DNA of 61,808 nucleotides from a virus. Its lineage: Duplodnaviria > Caudoviricetes. Position numbers and translations under genes: made by a program. The DNA is taken from positions 1 to 61,808 of IMG/VR virus record IMGVR_UViG_3300020402_000001, one strand, 5' to 3'. Under the pieces are notes generated by a model that had not been told where the DNA came from, did not search any database, and saw nothing but the letters and a program-made list of their open reading frames with translations. This document shows positions 1-9,819 of the stretch, piece after piece. Every line of letters begins with the position of its first letter. Within the stretch, counting starts at the first letter, position 1.

Positions 1-55
1 CCTTTGCGATTCTGTCATTCGGGCGGCTTTTGCAGCAGGCACGCATTTGGGGTAT
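1..55. repeat. 55-bp terminal overlap (copy 1) marking a circular assembly
   Basis: Bases 1-55 are identical to 61754-61808, and an ORF reads through the junction. Confidence 0.95.
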
Positions 56-195
56 GCTCTTTTTGATCCACTTGCAGATTTTCTTCCACATTCTCTAAAT
101 CCTCCACCCTTTTTTTTGGAACCTATGTCTACCCATTTTTGGCTGAACCATTTTTTCAGTCCACCCTCTTTCATGTACTGAATGTTTTTTTGCAT
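1..195 (-). CDS. 5' part of a 92-aa basic protein spanning the circular junction (continues 61753..61670); missed by the ORF track
   Basis: ATG at 195 overlaps the upstream TAA (TAATG). Reads MQKNIQYMKEGGLKKWFSQKWVDIGSKKKGGGFRECGRKSASGSKRAYPKCVPAAKAARM...FAKA*. Confidence 0.85.
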   Translation of the reverse strand, partial: MQKNIQYMKEGGLKKWFSQKWVDIGSKKKGGGFRECGRKSASGSKRAYPKCVPAAKAARMTESQR

Positions 196-1163
196 TACAT
201 TAAATCTTTGTAGTAGTCAGCCATGCCGCCTTTATTGAACTTTTTACTTGATACAATTTTTTCTAGTTTTGGTCTTCCTATTTTTTTTAATTTATCTATA
301 TCATCTTTTGTAGGTCCTTTACCCCTAATTCTATTACCAATTCTTATTTGTTTATTAAAAATATCTCTTACTTTGCCTGGAGTTCCTGCATCAAAGCCAC
401 CACCTTTAGAGTATCTCTTCATCATGCCACCACCCATTTTTTTTGGCATAGGATCTGATGGTAAAAATCCTTGTGCTGCTCGTTTAGCTTTAGCTGATTG
501 TATTGCTCTTTTTGCATTCTTAATATCTCTTTCAGTAAGTCTGTCTGTATTTTTTTTACTCTCAGCTTTTACGTATGTTTTGGTTCTTTCTTTTAACTTG
601 TCAAAATCTCTTTTATTCATGCTTGGTGCGTCCTTTAAAAATCTATTAATCTTATTTTGAAATACACCCATAACACTTCTTCTCTCACCCATTGTTCCAG
701 TATCAGCACCACCACCTTTGTTCATCATTCTAGCTTTTTGTAATCTACCCAAAGCTGATTGACTACCTGCAGTCATACCACCACCCATTTTCTTATCGAC
801 TTTTTTCTTTTTGCCAATACCAATTACAATCATCAGTGCACCTTTTTTAAATCTTTTTGGTCTTGGTCTTTTGTCTTCATTTCCTGTTAAAGTATCATAA
901 GCTTTTTTCTTTTTTTGATATTCTATTTCTCTAGGACTTAAAGATCTTCTAATATTCTTTTTATTTCTTAAAGGTGGTTGTGGTTTTTTTATAAATTCAC
1001 CTTCACTTGCTTTTTTTGGTCCCCAATCTTTTCTTTTAGTTCCTGACGGATCTTTAATTTTACCTGCACAAATTTTAGAAGCGTATGCGTTCGCATATGC
1101 CGAAGGATAGACCGAAAATTTTCGCTTCGCTGCAGCTTTACCTCTAGGACATAATTTAGTCAT
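195..1163 (-). CDS. Lys/Arg-rich modular protein with repeated xxGG motifs, putative internal head protein
   Basis: 322 aa, highly basic, N-terminal YPSAYANAYASKIC module, several KKMGGG/NKGG repeats. Confidence 0.75.
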   Translation of the reverse strand: MTKLCPRGKAAAKRKFSVYPSAYANAYASKICAGKIKDPSGTKRKDWGPKKASEGEFIKKPQPPLRNKKNIRRSLSPREIEYQKKKKAYDTLTGNEDKRPRPKRFKKGALMIVIGIGKKKKVDKKMGGGMTAGSQSALGRLQKARMMNKGGGADTGTMGERRSVMGVFQNKINRFLKDAPSMNKRDFDKLKERTKTYVKAESKKNTDRLTERDIKNAKRAIQSAKAKRAAQGFLPSDPMPKKMGGGMMKRYSKGGGFDAGTPGKVRDIFNKQIRIGNRIRGKGPTKDDIDKLKKIGRPKLEKIVSSKKFNKGGMADYYKDLM

Positions 1164-1550
1164 CTATTTTTTTCCTCCGTTACGAAATATTTGTGTTCCC
1201 TTTATACCATATATCGATGCCACGACCAAGATCCACAAATTTGTAAACCATGACGGGAGCTGTGAGAACATATCAAAGAAAAGTTTTACTTTGTCCATCG
1301 CAGTTGGATCATCCGATATCACTGCCCAAGCGAGCACCAACACGGGCAAACTTAATATGATGAGGACCGCCTCGTCTTTCCAGTCTGATTGTCGAGCCTC
1401 TAAAAGTTTTCCTTGGTAAGCTTCCTCACCTCGTGCTTGACGCTCTGCGTGTAATAATTGAGCATCAGACATTGCCATCTTAGCTTTTTGCTTGTTAGCG
1501 TAAATTTTGCTACCCGCACTAACCGCTAACTTGATTGCACTTAACCACAT
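1164..1550 (-). CDS. Membrane protein, putative holin
   Basis: Hydrophobic helices (AVLIILSLPVLVLAWAVI, WFTNLWILVVASIYGI), a WKDE motif and a basic C-terminus. Confidence 0.55.
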   Translation of the reverse strand: MWLSAIKLAVSAGSKIYANKQKAKMAMSDAQLLHAERQARGEEAYQGKLLEARQSDWKDEAVLIILSLPVLVLAWAVISDDPTAMDKVKLFFDMFSQLPSWFTNLWILVVASIYGIKGTQIFRNGGKK

Positions 1551-1908
1551 TGTACTTGTCCTTCCTTCGTTGACACATATAGTCTACCATTTTTCCGACA
1601 GTTGCGAAAGCCCCTTTACCTGACATCTTCCACTTCCATGTTTGTTTCCATTTAGGATTTCGAACTTTTACAGGTAGTATTGAACCACCAAAAAAATCTT
1701 TAAATCTTTGAATTATGTCTTTATCGCACATTTCAATAGAACATTGAAATGATTTTCTACCATTGCCTTTACCCCAAATACCAAAACTACCCTCTCCATC
1801 AAAAATTCCTGCAAGAAAAAGTATTTTACCTTCTTTTGTAAGATTATCGTAGGCCGATGAATTTTTTACCAGTGACTTGTATGTTTTTAATTCCTTTGAT
1901 GTCAGATT
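1519..1908 (-). CDS. Single-motif LAGLIDADG homing-endonuclease-like protein; start codon uncertain
   Basis: The frame is open upstream of the track's ATG (1731) as far as 1908 and encodes FLAGIFDGEGSF (motif 1789-1815). Confidence 0.75.
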   Translation of the reverse strand, partial: NLTSKELKTYKSLVKNSSAYDNLTKEGKILFLAGIFDGEGSFGIWGKGNGRKSFQCSIEMCDKDIIQRFKDFFGGSILPVKVRNPKWKQTWKWKMSGKGAFATVGKMVDYMCQRRKDKYNVVKCNQVSG

Positions 1909-2029
1909 TTACTCCTGGTTCTCTATGTGGACACCCTCCTTTTTTCAGACCTTGTGGTTTTGGTCCTCTTTCAGGTGGTGGCCCGCTTGAAACTCCTCCG
2001 CTTAATCCTTTTTCGTTATTTCTTCTCAA
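1844..2029 (-). CDS. Small basic Gly/Pro-rich protein downstream of portal
   Basis: 61 aa, GPPPERGPKPQG, ends VTGKKFIGLR, overlaps the portal stop. Confidence 0.65.
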   Translation of the reverse strand: MRRNNEKGLSGGVSSGPPPERGPKPQGLKKGGCPHREPGVKSDIKGIKNIQVTGKKFIGLR

Positions 2030-4343
2030 GTTTTTGCCTCGCTACGTCTAATCTTTCATCTGATTGTTGGTCTTGAACTGCAAGACGATCATAATCAAAT
2101 TCTAATCTCTCTGCAGCTCTTTGGTTTTCTTGTTCTTGTTTAAATTGTGTCTCTTCTGCTTTTCTTTGCATGTCCATAGCTCTTAAATCAACTTCTTGTT
2201 GTTTAATTCTTACTAATGGATCTTGTTTTGCAAGATTTGCCTGCATTTCTGTTTGTGCTAGCTCTTGTGTAATAGCTGCAGCTCTTTTTGCTACCTCAGC
2301 ATCAAACATTATTTGAAATTGTTCCGGATCAGCTTGTTGCATAGCAGCCATATTTGGATCTTGTGCCATCGTAGCTGCAACTTCTGCTCTTGCTTTGAAA
2401 GAAATGTGGTCAGATATGTGTGATTGCATCAAAGCATACACCTGCGGGTTAATTTGCACCATTCTTGTAGCCATAAAAGCCATGTGTGCTGCTATATGGG
2501 CATCATGATCTTGGAATTCAAAGGCTGTAAGCAGTTTCATTTGCAATGCTCTTGCATTTTCTTTTGCAGGATCCATTGGTTCAGGTTGTTTTGGTGCAGG
2601 TTTTAAAATTGTTTCAATTTGTTTCGTACCAAGTGCCTCGTAAACACGTCTATAAGCTTCATGTATGTTGTGAATTGCAGGATTTGTCTGTGCAATTTGT
2701 AATTGTGTCTGTGCAAGCGTCACTCTTTGCGCCATAGACATAATATTTGGGTCTGCAACTGGTAAAACATCAACTCTTCCGTCAAAATCTGCAGATTTTA
2801 TTTGTCTTGGGCCACCATAAACGTCATACGGGTACTCTGGTGGTAAAAATTCACCACAAATTCTTGCTAAAATTTTAAATTCTAGTCTCATTGCGTAGTA
2901 ACAACGCTTGTGAACACCACTCATCACACGTGAACCACGTTCCATCATAGCAATCGTAGTACCAACAGCCCTATTTTGTGCATCGTTACCGATATTATTA
3001 TCAGTTGTTGCCGCAAATTTTTGTCCTGCTTGAACAACAAAACCTAAAAGATTAAATAATGTTGTTGAAGGCTCAGTAAAAGGTAGGTTAAAGAATTGGT
3101 CTCTTATATTTCCACCCGGTGCATCGACATCTCTGAACTCTCCAGGTTGAATTGGTTGGTCATCATCTCTAACTCTGATACCTCTAGACTTAAATCCTGC
3201 TGGTAAATTTTTTAAAGTACCTGCATCGATCAATTGTCTTAAGGCTTGTGTTGCTGCAGTTGATAATCCACCAATCATATGTGTTAAACCAAAACCATAA
3301 AAGCCAAGACCAGGTAAAAATTTGTAATGCACAAAGTATTCTACTCTTGCATAATTTAAATCACCAGGTTTGTAGTTTCTATAAATAGATAAAATCTCTC
3401 CAGAGCCTTCATCAATTGTAACTATGTATGGAATCTTTACCGCTTTAGCATTTTCATCAAAATCTTCGTAGTCATCTAAATTTAAATCAACATGCATTTC
3501 TAAAATTGTATGCAGATAATCGTCTCCTGTTTTTTTAACACCTTCAATTTCATTTAATTTTTTCTGTAAGTTGTCTGGCTCTGGTTGTCCTTCTGTTAAT
3601 TCTATATCTCTATAAAATCCTGCAGCCATTTTTTTATTAACTTCGTTTTTAGTCATTTTGAAAGCATGAGTAATTCTTTCACAATCTTTCAAATCTGACG
3701 CGTAATAAGGAACTACTATTTCCTCTGCCTGCAAAAATTTAGATACTGGTCTTCCTAGTAATTCATCATAATATATTTTTTTGAATGTAGAACCTGAAAG
3801 TGGTAAGTAGAAAAGCATCTGATCCATATCAGTTGTATATTCTTCCATGTCTTCCATAAGAAGATAGTTCATATATTCTTTCACACGATCTGCCTGTTGT
3901 TCTACAGCAGGTGTTACTAAACCAATCGTCTGTACTCTTACAGGACCATCAGATGGTACAAGTTCTTTGTACGCTTGTGCTTGGAACTGTGTTACAGCTT
4001 CAGATAACATTGGGTGAGTAACGTTAGAGGCACCTTTAAAAGGTCTTGTCACATTTACGTACTTTGTACCCAACAGGTCTAAGCCTTTGATGTAAGCATC
4101 TTCCCAATCTTTTCTCGATAGCTTATCTTTTTTGTATTCTTGAACAAGCTCAGAGGCCATTTCTCTTAAAGTACGTTCATCCATGTTCTCTGCTAGATTG
4201 GCATTAAAATCGTCTTGAGGTCTTTCCTCAGCTACTTCTTCACCTTCAACAGAGACATCTACAGGCATTCCATCAGGTTGTTCCTGAATTTCTTCTACCT
4301 TGATTTCCTCATCTACAATTTCATTATTTTTCTCTACAGCCAT
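2016..4343 (-). CDS. Portal protein (P22-like, with C-terminal Gln-rich barrel)
   Basis: 775 aa, downstream of terminase, HPMLSEAVTQFQAQ and FYGFGL motifs, coiled-coil tail. Confidence 0.85.
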   Translation of the reverse strand: MAVEKNNEIVDEEIKVEEIQEQPDGMPVDVSVEGEEVAEERPQDDFNANLAENMDERTLREMASELVQEYKKDKLSRKDWEDAYIKGLDLLGTKYVNVTRPFKGASNVTHPMLSEAVTQFQAQAYKELVPSDGPVRVQTIGLVTPAVEQQADRVKEYMNYLLMEDMEEYTTDMDQMLFYLPLSGSTFKKIYYDELLGRPVSKFLQAEEIVVPYYASDLKDCERITHAFKMTKNEVNKKMAAGFYRDIELTEGQPEPDNLQKKLNEIEGVKKTGDDYLHTILEMHVDLNLDDYEDFDENAKAVKIPYIVTIDEGSGEILSIYRNYKPGDLNYARVEYFVHYKFLPGLGFYGFGLTHMIGGLSTAATQALRQLIDAGTLKNLPAGFKSRGIRVRDDDQPIQPGEFRDVDAPGGNIRDQFFNLPFTEPSTTLFNLLGFVVQAGQKFAATTDNNIGNDAQNRAVGTTIAMMERGSRVMSGVHKRCYYAMRLEFKILARICGEFLPPEYPYDVYGGPRQIKSADFDGRVDVLPVADPNIMSMAQRVTLAQTQLQIAQTNPAIHNIHEAYRRVYEALGTKQIETILKPAPKQPEPMDPAKENARALQMKLLTAFEFQDHDAHIAAHMAFMATRMVQINPQVYALMQSHISDHISFKARAEVAATMAQDPNMAAMQQADPEQFQIMFDAEVAKRAAAITQELAQTEMQANLAKQDPLVRIKQQEVDLRAMDMQRKAEETQFKQEQENQRAAERLEFDYDRLAVQDQQSDERLDVARQKLEKK

Positions 4344-4345
4344 AA

Positions 4346-6271
4346 TTAATTATACCTTCTTGTTTTGAACATATCTACTACAAGACCTCCCATGTGTCTG
4401 TAGGTTTTCTGTGTTTGCCTCATTAATGGAGATACTTTAACTGCAAAAGCATCAAAATACAACCTTGGATCATTCTGTAAAATAAGCTTATATCCCTTCT
4501 TTGGATCTTTAACGGCTTCAGTATGAAACTCATTTGTTATCTCTTTGCCTTTCATCTTGTGTGAATCTGGATATTTAAATTTTTCTTTCGATACACTTTT
4601 GTAAGGAAGTTTAGGATCTGACAGAGATATTTTTGTGGGTCCTGCTTTTGTTCCATAAAAGTTTCCTAGTTTTCTCATCAGCTCTGGCATTACAGCTTTA
4701 CCTCTTTTATCAATACCTTTACCATCTGCGTATCCATAAAATCTTTCATTACCTTTTTTATAACCCTGTCTAAAACTTAATTTTGAAAACGGTGCAACGG
4801 CTACGTAGTCAACACCTTCTCTTGCAGCTTTCTGTGTAAGATATTTAAGTGCATGATCTCCATAAGCATCGGCCTCAACAAGTGGAAAATAATCAAATCT
4901 TTCTCCTCCTGTATTTCTTCCTGAGAAAGTTCTATTTAATTTGTTTTGTACATCTCTCAATTCAGCAGACAATGCTTGTACTTTATTAGGTTGTCGTTTA
5001 GCCATGGCTTCGTTCATCTCTTGCATAATCTTTGCTCTGTTGTTTGCAAGTAAGTTTAATTCAAGGTCTGCTTGAAAAGGATTTGTTCTAGTATCTCCTG
5101 ATAATTGTTTTACTTTAGATAATTGTTTGGCTACGCTTTGGTTAACATCAGATTGTATTTCATTAATCATAAATACTTTTTTACCCTCTGGTGTAAATCT
5201 TGTGTCATATCTTATGTGATAAATATTGTTAGTTTCTTTTGGAAGTGCCTCACCAAAATGACCTCCCTTATTGAAAGGATTACGATTTGATGAAATTGGA
5301 TCATCTAAAACCATAATTGTTTCTCGATAATCTTTTCCTCCTTGAAGAGTATAATTTGTTTCGCCCCCGTAATAGGTTTTATTATTTTTCAAAGGTGCAT
5401 GTGCCTCGTTTACTTCACCTAAAACTTTGTTCATAACTTTTCTATCTTCAGGTCTCATTCTAGCATTATTTCTGACAGCTTTGATTTCATCTGCGAAAGC
5501 AGTTATAGCACCTCGTCCTTGATCATTTCTTAAACCACCAAGTTTATATATAACTTCATCTATACCATCTGTAATTTCATCAGATCCTCGTATAGCTGAT
5601 TGTGCATAATTCTTTCTTATATTTTTTAATTGATCAGCTGCATTTTGAGTAGTTCGTTCAAAAGTCTCCATAGCACCTTTTGGCATTCCAAGTTCTACAG
5701 GTCTCAATCTATTCACAGGATTTAATTTAATCATAGCACCTAGATCATTACCATCTAGCTTTAATCCAAACTTCTTAGCTGCATATAATAATCCGCCTGT
5801 TAAATCTCCAGCTTCATTAAAGATAGCTAAATTAGAATCAAACAATTCTTCTTTGTTAATAACAACTTCTTTTCCTTGAAATGGGCCAGAGTCATATCTA
5901 AATTTTTTGGGTTCTCTTACAGTTCTTGAAGTAGGTTTACCAAATACTTTTAGATTAACTTTTCTAGTTGACGTTAAATGATCTATCCATTCATCTGCAG
6001 AAAACTTACCTGCACCTTTTTTCATTATCCAATCATAAGTAGATGAACCAAAAGCAGGTGCTGTGTCATCACCCATGTGCAGTGGTTTTGTTTTCTTTAA
6101 AACAACAGGTGGGTTTTTAAGTTCTACCTTTGCTAGTTCTTTTCCGGTGTCCTGTGTCAATGGCTTCTCGTAAGTGAGAAGCTTTTGTTTTTGTCCGGTG
6201 GCCGGTGATGGATCTGGTTTCTTACCGAATACCTTACGGCCTATCCCAAATAAGATATTCTTAAGGGACAT
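4346..6271 (-). CDS. Large phage protein with a YRE..H..HIR..NEIQSD domain resembling large polyvalent protein domains
   Basis: 641 aa. Motif recognised from memory. C-terminal YRHMGGLV tag. Confidence 0.55.
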   Translation of the reverse strand: MSLKNILFGIGRKVFGKKPDPSPATGQKQKLLTYEKPLTQDTGKELAKVELKNPPVVLKKTKPLHMGDDTAPAFGSSTYDWIMKKGAGKFSADEWIDHLTSTRKVNLKVFGKPTSRTVREPKKFRYDSGPFQGKEVVINKEELFDSNLAIFNEAGDLTGGLLYAAKKFGLKLDGNDLGAMIKLNPVNRLRPVELGMPKGAMETFERTTQNAADQLKNIRKNYAQSAIRGSDEITDGIDEVIYKLGGLRNDQGRGAITAFADEIKAVRNNARMRPEDRKVMNKVLGEVNEAHAPLKNNKTYYGGETNYTLQGGKDYRETIMVLDDPISSNRNPFNKGGHFGEALPKETNNIYHIRYDTRFTPEGKKVFMINEIQSDVNQSVAKQLSKVKQLSGDTRTNPFQADLELNLLANNRAKIMQEMNEAMAKRQPNKVQALSAELRDVQNKLNRTFSGRNTGGERFDYFPLVEADAYGDHALKYLTQKAAREGVDYVAVAPFSKLSFRQGYKKGNERFYGYADGKGIDKRGKAVMPELMRKLGNFYGTKAGPTKISLSDPKLPYKSVSKEKFKYPDSHKMKGKEITNEFHTEAVKDPKKGYKLILQNDPRLYFDAFAVKVSPLMRQTQKTYRHMGGLVVDMFKTRRYN

Positions 6272-6279
6272 CGTCCCTC

Positions 6280-7269
6280 CTAATACATTTTTGTAGGTTT
6301 ATTTCTACCTAGTTTAGTTTTAACGGTCACCGAACCACCGACACTTTTGTTGGTGACTCTTACGATAGTTTTATCTTTTAAAAAAGGATCTGCATCATAA
6401 CTGTATCTGTAAGGATTATTATCTGCATCTCTTTCGAGACCCCCTTGACCACCACTATATTTTTTATTTTCACCTAAGATAACAAACATTTGTTTCTTTT
6501 TTTTGTCTTTTCCAGGTAAGCTTGGTACTCCTGCTCTTCTTCCTGGTTTCGGTTTTCTTTGTCCCATTCTTCTTGCTTGTGCGGCAGTTGGAGATCTTTG
6601 AGCGTCTCCACCTTCAGCATAATTAGTTGGTCTCATCATCATGCCGCCACCCATTTTTTTCTTAGGCTCATCTTTTTTCTTTTTCATTTTAGATTTTAAA
6701 TATTGTGATACAGCAACTGCCCCAGCAACAGGTAATAAAAGTTTTTTACCAAGAGATGTTGCTTGTGCTGCTTTCAAAGCTCTTCTAGCTATTTTAGAGC
6801 TTTTTGATGCTTCTGGTAGTTTTGGTTTTACACCAATGATTGTGCTAACAGCTTTTCCTTTGTCTCCAGCACTCACACCTGTTTTAAAAACTTTTTGGTA
6901 TCCAGAAAAAGTTTTACCCATTGCAGATTTAGCAGTAGTGCCAGGTATTGATTTAGCACCAGCAAGTTCCATTCTTCTTTTTATAAAGTCACCTCTTTTA
7001 GCTTTCATGACTTTACCGGGTTTCATCTTCTCGTCTTGTAAACCTTTACCTCTACCTTTTGCTTTTTCTGCTCTAAGTATTTTGAAATCTTGTGCATCGA
7101 TTCTGTTATTTTTATTCTTGTCTAATTTTGCTTGGCCGCCTGTTAATTTTTTATCTGTTTTAAATCCTTCATTTGCATCAGTGTTTTTTAATTTACTTCT
7201 TGCAACTTCAGACCCCTCAATAAAAGTATCTTTTTTAGATTTATCTTTTTTCAAAATTCTTATCGGCAT
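6280..7269 (-). CDS. Basic protein with an EF-hand-like loop and xxGG motifs
   Basis: DKNKNNRIDAQDF loop; KKMGGG, YAEGG and KSVGG motifs. Confidence 0.7.
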   Translation of the reverse strand: MPIRILKKDKSKKDTFIEGSEVARSKLKNTDANEGFKTDKKLTGGQAKLDKNKNNRIDAQDFKILRAEKAKGRGKGLQDEKMKPGKVMKAKRGDFIKRRMELAGAKSIPGTTAKSAMGKTFSGYQKVFKTGVSAGDKGKAVSTIIGVKPKLPEASKSSKIARRALKAAQATSLGKKLLLPVAGAVAVSQYLKSKMKKKKDEPKKKMGGGMMMRPTNYAEGGDAQRSPTAAQARRMGQRKPKPGRRAGVPSLPGKDKKKKQMFVILGENKKYSGGQGGLERDADNNPYRYSYDADPFLKDKTIVRVTNKSVGGSVTVKTKLGRNKPTKMY

Positions 7270-7277
7270 AGGTTCTC

Positions 7278-8756
7278 CTAATAATATTTATACTCTTTTT
7301 CTAATTTTATTGGCGGGTCGTCCCAATCGTCCGAGTACGTTGAAACAAATCCACCTTGTCGATATCTTAACACAGCTTGGGTCATGCTGTCTACATAGTC
7401 ATCATATTGACCGTTCGGAAAAGCAGCACATTCCTCAATTACTTCTTGAGCAAAGTGCTCATCCAAAGGAGCAAATACCATGCCAGATTCAAACACAGGA
7501 GCACAGCTATTGATACGTGTATGCTTATCTCTGCCTCTTGCAGGCACATAATCTATAACAGGTATACCTGCACGTCTAAGCTCATGTATCAATGGTTGTC
7601 CAGATGCTTTTGCTTCAATTATTACAGTTTCCGGTTCCCAGTATTTATATTGCTCTATTGCAACATTTTTTAAATCTGGAAAATCATACCTCCCCTTCAT
7701 AGCATCTAAAAGTAAAATACATTTTTCATAACCTTCTACAGGCTCAAAGATTCCCCATGTTGTTATCGCTGAGTAGTCTGCAGTTTCTTTTTTTGAAAAT
7801 GCAGTATCATAACTTTGAATGACATGTAGTAATTTTGGGAGGTAATCTCTATCCCAATCCTGCCACCATTCACGTTTTATGATTGCACCTTCTTCTGAAG
7901 TTGGGTCCTGCATGTATTGTGCGTTCCAGTTCTTCGTTGAGATAGATGCTTTGACAGAATCTAAATCTTCTTTACTCCAATACTCTGGCCATACAGGTTT
8001 ATCGTTTGGTAAAATTGCAGGGAACTCAATTACGTTCCACTTGTCCGCTTTTGGTTCTGATTGAGCCTTCACTAAACGACCAGTAAGATCGTCTACCGCC
8101 CACCGGGTCATTACAACTAGGATACGGCCTCCTGGTTGCAAACGCTGTCTGGGTCCTGAACTATACCATTCATAGGCTCTGTCCATAGCAGAATCTGACA
8201 TTGAGTCTTGTTCCGTATGTGGATCATCGATAATAAGTAAGTCCGCCCCTCGTCCTGTGATAGAACCGCCAACACCCGCTGCAAAGTATTCCCCACCATG
8301 ATTGGTCTCCCAACGTCCTTTTGCTTTACTATCTTCTCTCAAAGTAACATTACCAAAAATTTGTTTATATTCTTTTGTGTTCATTAAGTTACGAACCTTA
8401 CTACCGAATCTAGATGCAAGTTCAGCGTTGTGTGATACCTGCATAATTTTTTTCTTTGGATACTTTCCAATATACCAAGCAGGAAACAGATAAGATGCAA
8501 ATTCAGATTTAGTATGTCTAGGAGGCATATTAATGATGAGCCTCTTTGCATCTCCATCAGCTATGTCTTGAAATGCTTCAGCAATAATTTGATGGTGCCC
8601 ATATTTTTTTGGGTCCTTTGTTTTACGATAAATAAAATCTTGCCAAACAGTTTCAGCAAAAATTAAAAAATTATCCTGGCATAACTTGATCCACTCTAAT
8701 TGCTTTTTTAAAATTAGATCCTTTAATTCGTCTTCTGTAAGATGTTCAATATTCAT
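7278..8756 (-). CDS. terL: Terminase large subunit
   Basis: Walker A-like MPPRHTKS, Walker B LLIIDDP, MTRW coupling motif, RNase H-like SYDTA and DDYVD. Confidence 0.95.
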   Translation of the reverse strand: MNIEHLTEDELKDLILKKQLEWIKLCQDNFLIFAETVWQDFIYRKTKDPKKYGHHQIIAEAFQDIADGDAKRLIINMPPRHTKSEFASYLFPAWYIGKYPKKKIMQVSHNAELASRFGSKVRNLMNTKEYKQIFGNVTLREDSKAKGRWETNHGGEYFAAGVGGSITGRGADLLIIDDPHTEQDSMSDSAMDRAYEWYSSGPRQRLQPGGRILVVMTRWAVDDLTGRLVKAQSEPKADKWNVIEFPAILPNDKPVWPEYWSKEDLDSVKASISTKNWNAQYMQDPTSEEGAIIKREWWQDWDRDYLPKLLHVIQSYDTAFSKKETADYSAITTWGIFEPVEGYEKCILLLDAMKGRYDFPDLKNVAIEQYKYWEPETVIIEAKASGQPLIHELRRAGIPVIDYVPARGRDKHTRINSCAPVFESGMVFAPLDEHFAQEVIEECAAFPNGQYDDYVDSMTQAVLRYRQGGFVSTYSDDWDDPPIKLEKEYKYY

Positions 8757-8900
8757 ACCGTTTGGGACCCTAGTATATTTATGTATATTGCTTTGTAAAC
8801 CTCAAAGCTCGTCAGAGCTGTGCCTTCTAACGCGAATTTGTGCCGTAAATTTAGAATTGCAGGTCGAAGTAAGTTGTGAGCCTTGCTATGCGATAGATAC

Positions 8901-8926
8901 ACCAATGGCGCAATCGCGCCATTGGT
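8901..8926. terminator. Hairpin separating the early cluster from terL
   Basis: ACCAATGGCGC-AATC-GCGCCATTGGT, a perfect 11-bp stem, T-rich on its + strand 3' side. Confidence 0.65.
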
Positions 8927-8936
8927 TTGTTTATTA

Positions 8937-9200
8937 TTACTCTTGTGTAGGTGTTAGCTGTTGTACCAACGTACTAAATTTTTCTAGTATGTTATTCTTA
9001 AACTCATCAACAACAGCGTTGCCTTGATTTTCTAATATGTGCTTTTCACACTCGCCCATTAATAACTGAAACATTATTTCATAGTTAAGTTGTTTCTTTG
9101 CACCATTAGAAACCAACATATCTTTAAGTTGAGTTGGCGATTTCTCGCCAACCCTTTCAGCTAATACATTAGCAATATTGATTAAACTATTATTGGGCAT
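8937..9200 (-). CDS. Hypothetical protein (putative early gene)
   Basis: 87-aa ORF with a GGGGA RBS, coupled to the upstream gene. Confidence 0.75.
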   Translation of the reverse strand: MPNNSLINIANVLAERVGEKSPTQLKDMLVSNGAKKQLNYEIMFQLLMGECEKHILENQGNAVVDEFKNNILEKFSTLVQQLTPTQE

Positions 9201-9513
9201 TGTTATCCCCTATTGCTTTGTACTCTTGATATTCAATTTCAGTACAGAACTTATTGAATAAATCATTGTGAGCAATTTTGAAATTAGCAGTTTCAAATTT
9301 CTTCCTCTTACGATTTATTCTTTGTAATCCAAAACTATTACCATTCTCATCTTGTACAATGATTAAGTTTTGATTTGTTCTCTCAAAGCAATCAACAATG
9401 TTTTGTTTCATTGTGTCTAACTCTTTACTTAGTCTATTTGCTTTAAGCTTTAGTTGTGCATATGCAAGTACGATTTTCTTTTCGTCTTGATTTAGCTTTT
9501 TTGCTTTTTGCAT
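9190..9513 (-). CDS. Hypothetical coiled-coil protein (putative early gene)
   Basis: 107 aa, RBS AAAGAGG, own promoter at 9558-9585. Confidence 0.8.
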   Translation of the reverse strand: MQKAKKLNQDEKKIVLAYAQLKLKANRLSKELDTMKQNIVDCFERTNQNLIIVQDENGNSFGLQRINRKRKKFETANFKIAHNDLFNKFCTEIEYQEYKAIGDNNAQ

Positions 9514-9557
9514 TTTTACCTCTTTGTTAAGTTATGTATTCTTATGAATACCCCCTT

Positions 9558-9585
9558 GTCTTATCAAATCCCATTATTATTGCAA
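9558..9585 (-). promoter_or_regulatory. Sigma70-like promoter P1 with ATGGGA box
   Basis: TTGCAA-N16-TAAGAC with an extended TG; shares ATGGGATTTGATAAGA with P2. Confidence 0.6.
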
Positions 9586-9588
9586 TAG

Positions 9589-9819
9589 CTAATTTAACTT
9601 TTTTTTATCTTTTTTATTAAGCAAATTATTAATGGTATCAACATTTGGCTCAACCTCTAGTTGTACTGCTAGATTTCCGAATAGTTTTTTAATCATCTCG
9701 GTGAACTCGCGCTGGTGTCGTTCCCCAGCTTTAGTTGTTTCATCAACCTTTTTCTTTTCCACACGAGAACGAGGCGAGGCGACAATGTCGCCTCGCTTGT
9801 TATTATTTGGCATTACCAA
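9589..9819 (-). CDS. Hypothetical protein; true start may be downstream (e.g. MIKKLF at about 9696)
   Basis: ORF track. The 5' part overlaps a strong hairpin and AACGAG motifs. Confidence 0.4.
   Translation of the reverse strand: MVMPNNNKRGDIVASPRSRVEKKKVDETTKAGERHQREFTEMIKKLFGNLAVQLEVEPNVDTINNLLNKKDKKKLN
9774..9796. terminator. GC-rich inverted repeat
   Basis: GCGAGGCGACA-A-TGTCGCCTCGC, just downstream of the 9813 gene. Confidence 0.55.

Noticed and set aside
1519-1908. Group I intron or intein housing the LAGLIDADG
   Set aside because: Flanking genes look intact and directly overlap it, leaving no room for an intron core.
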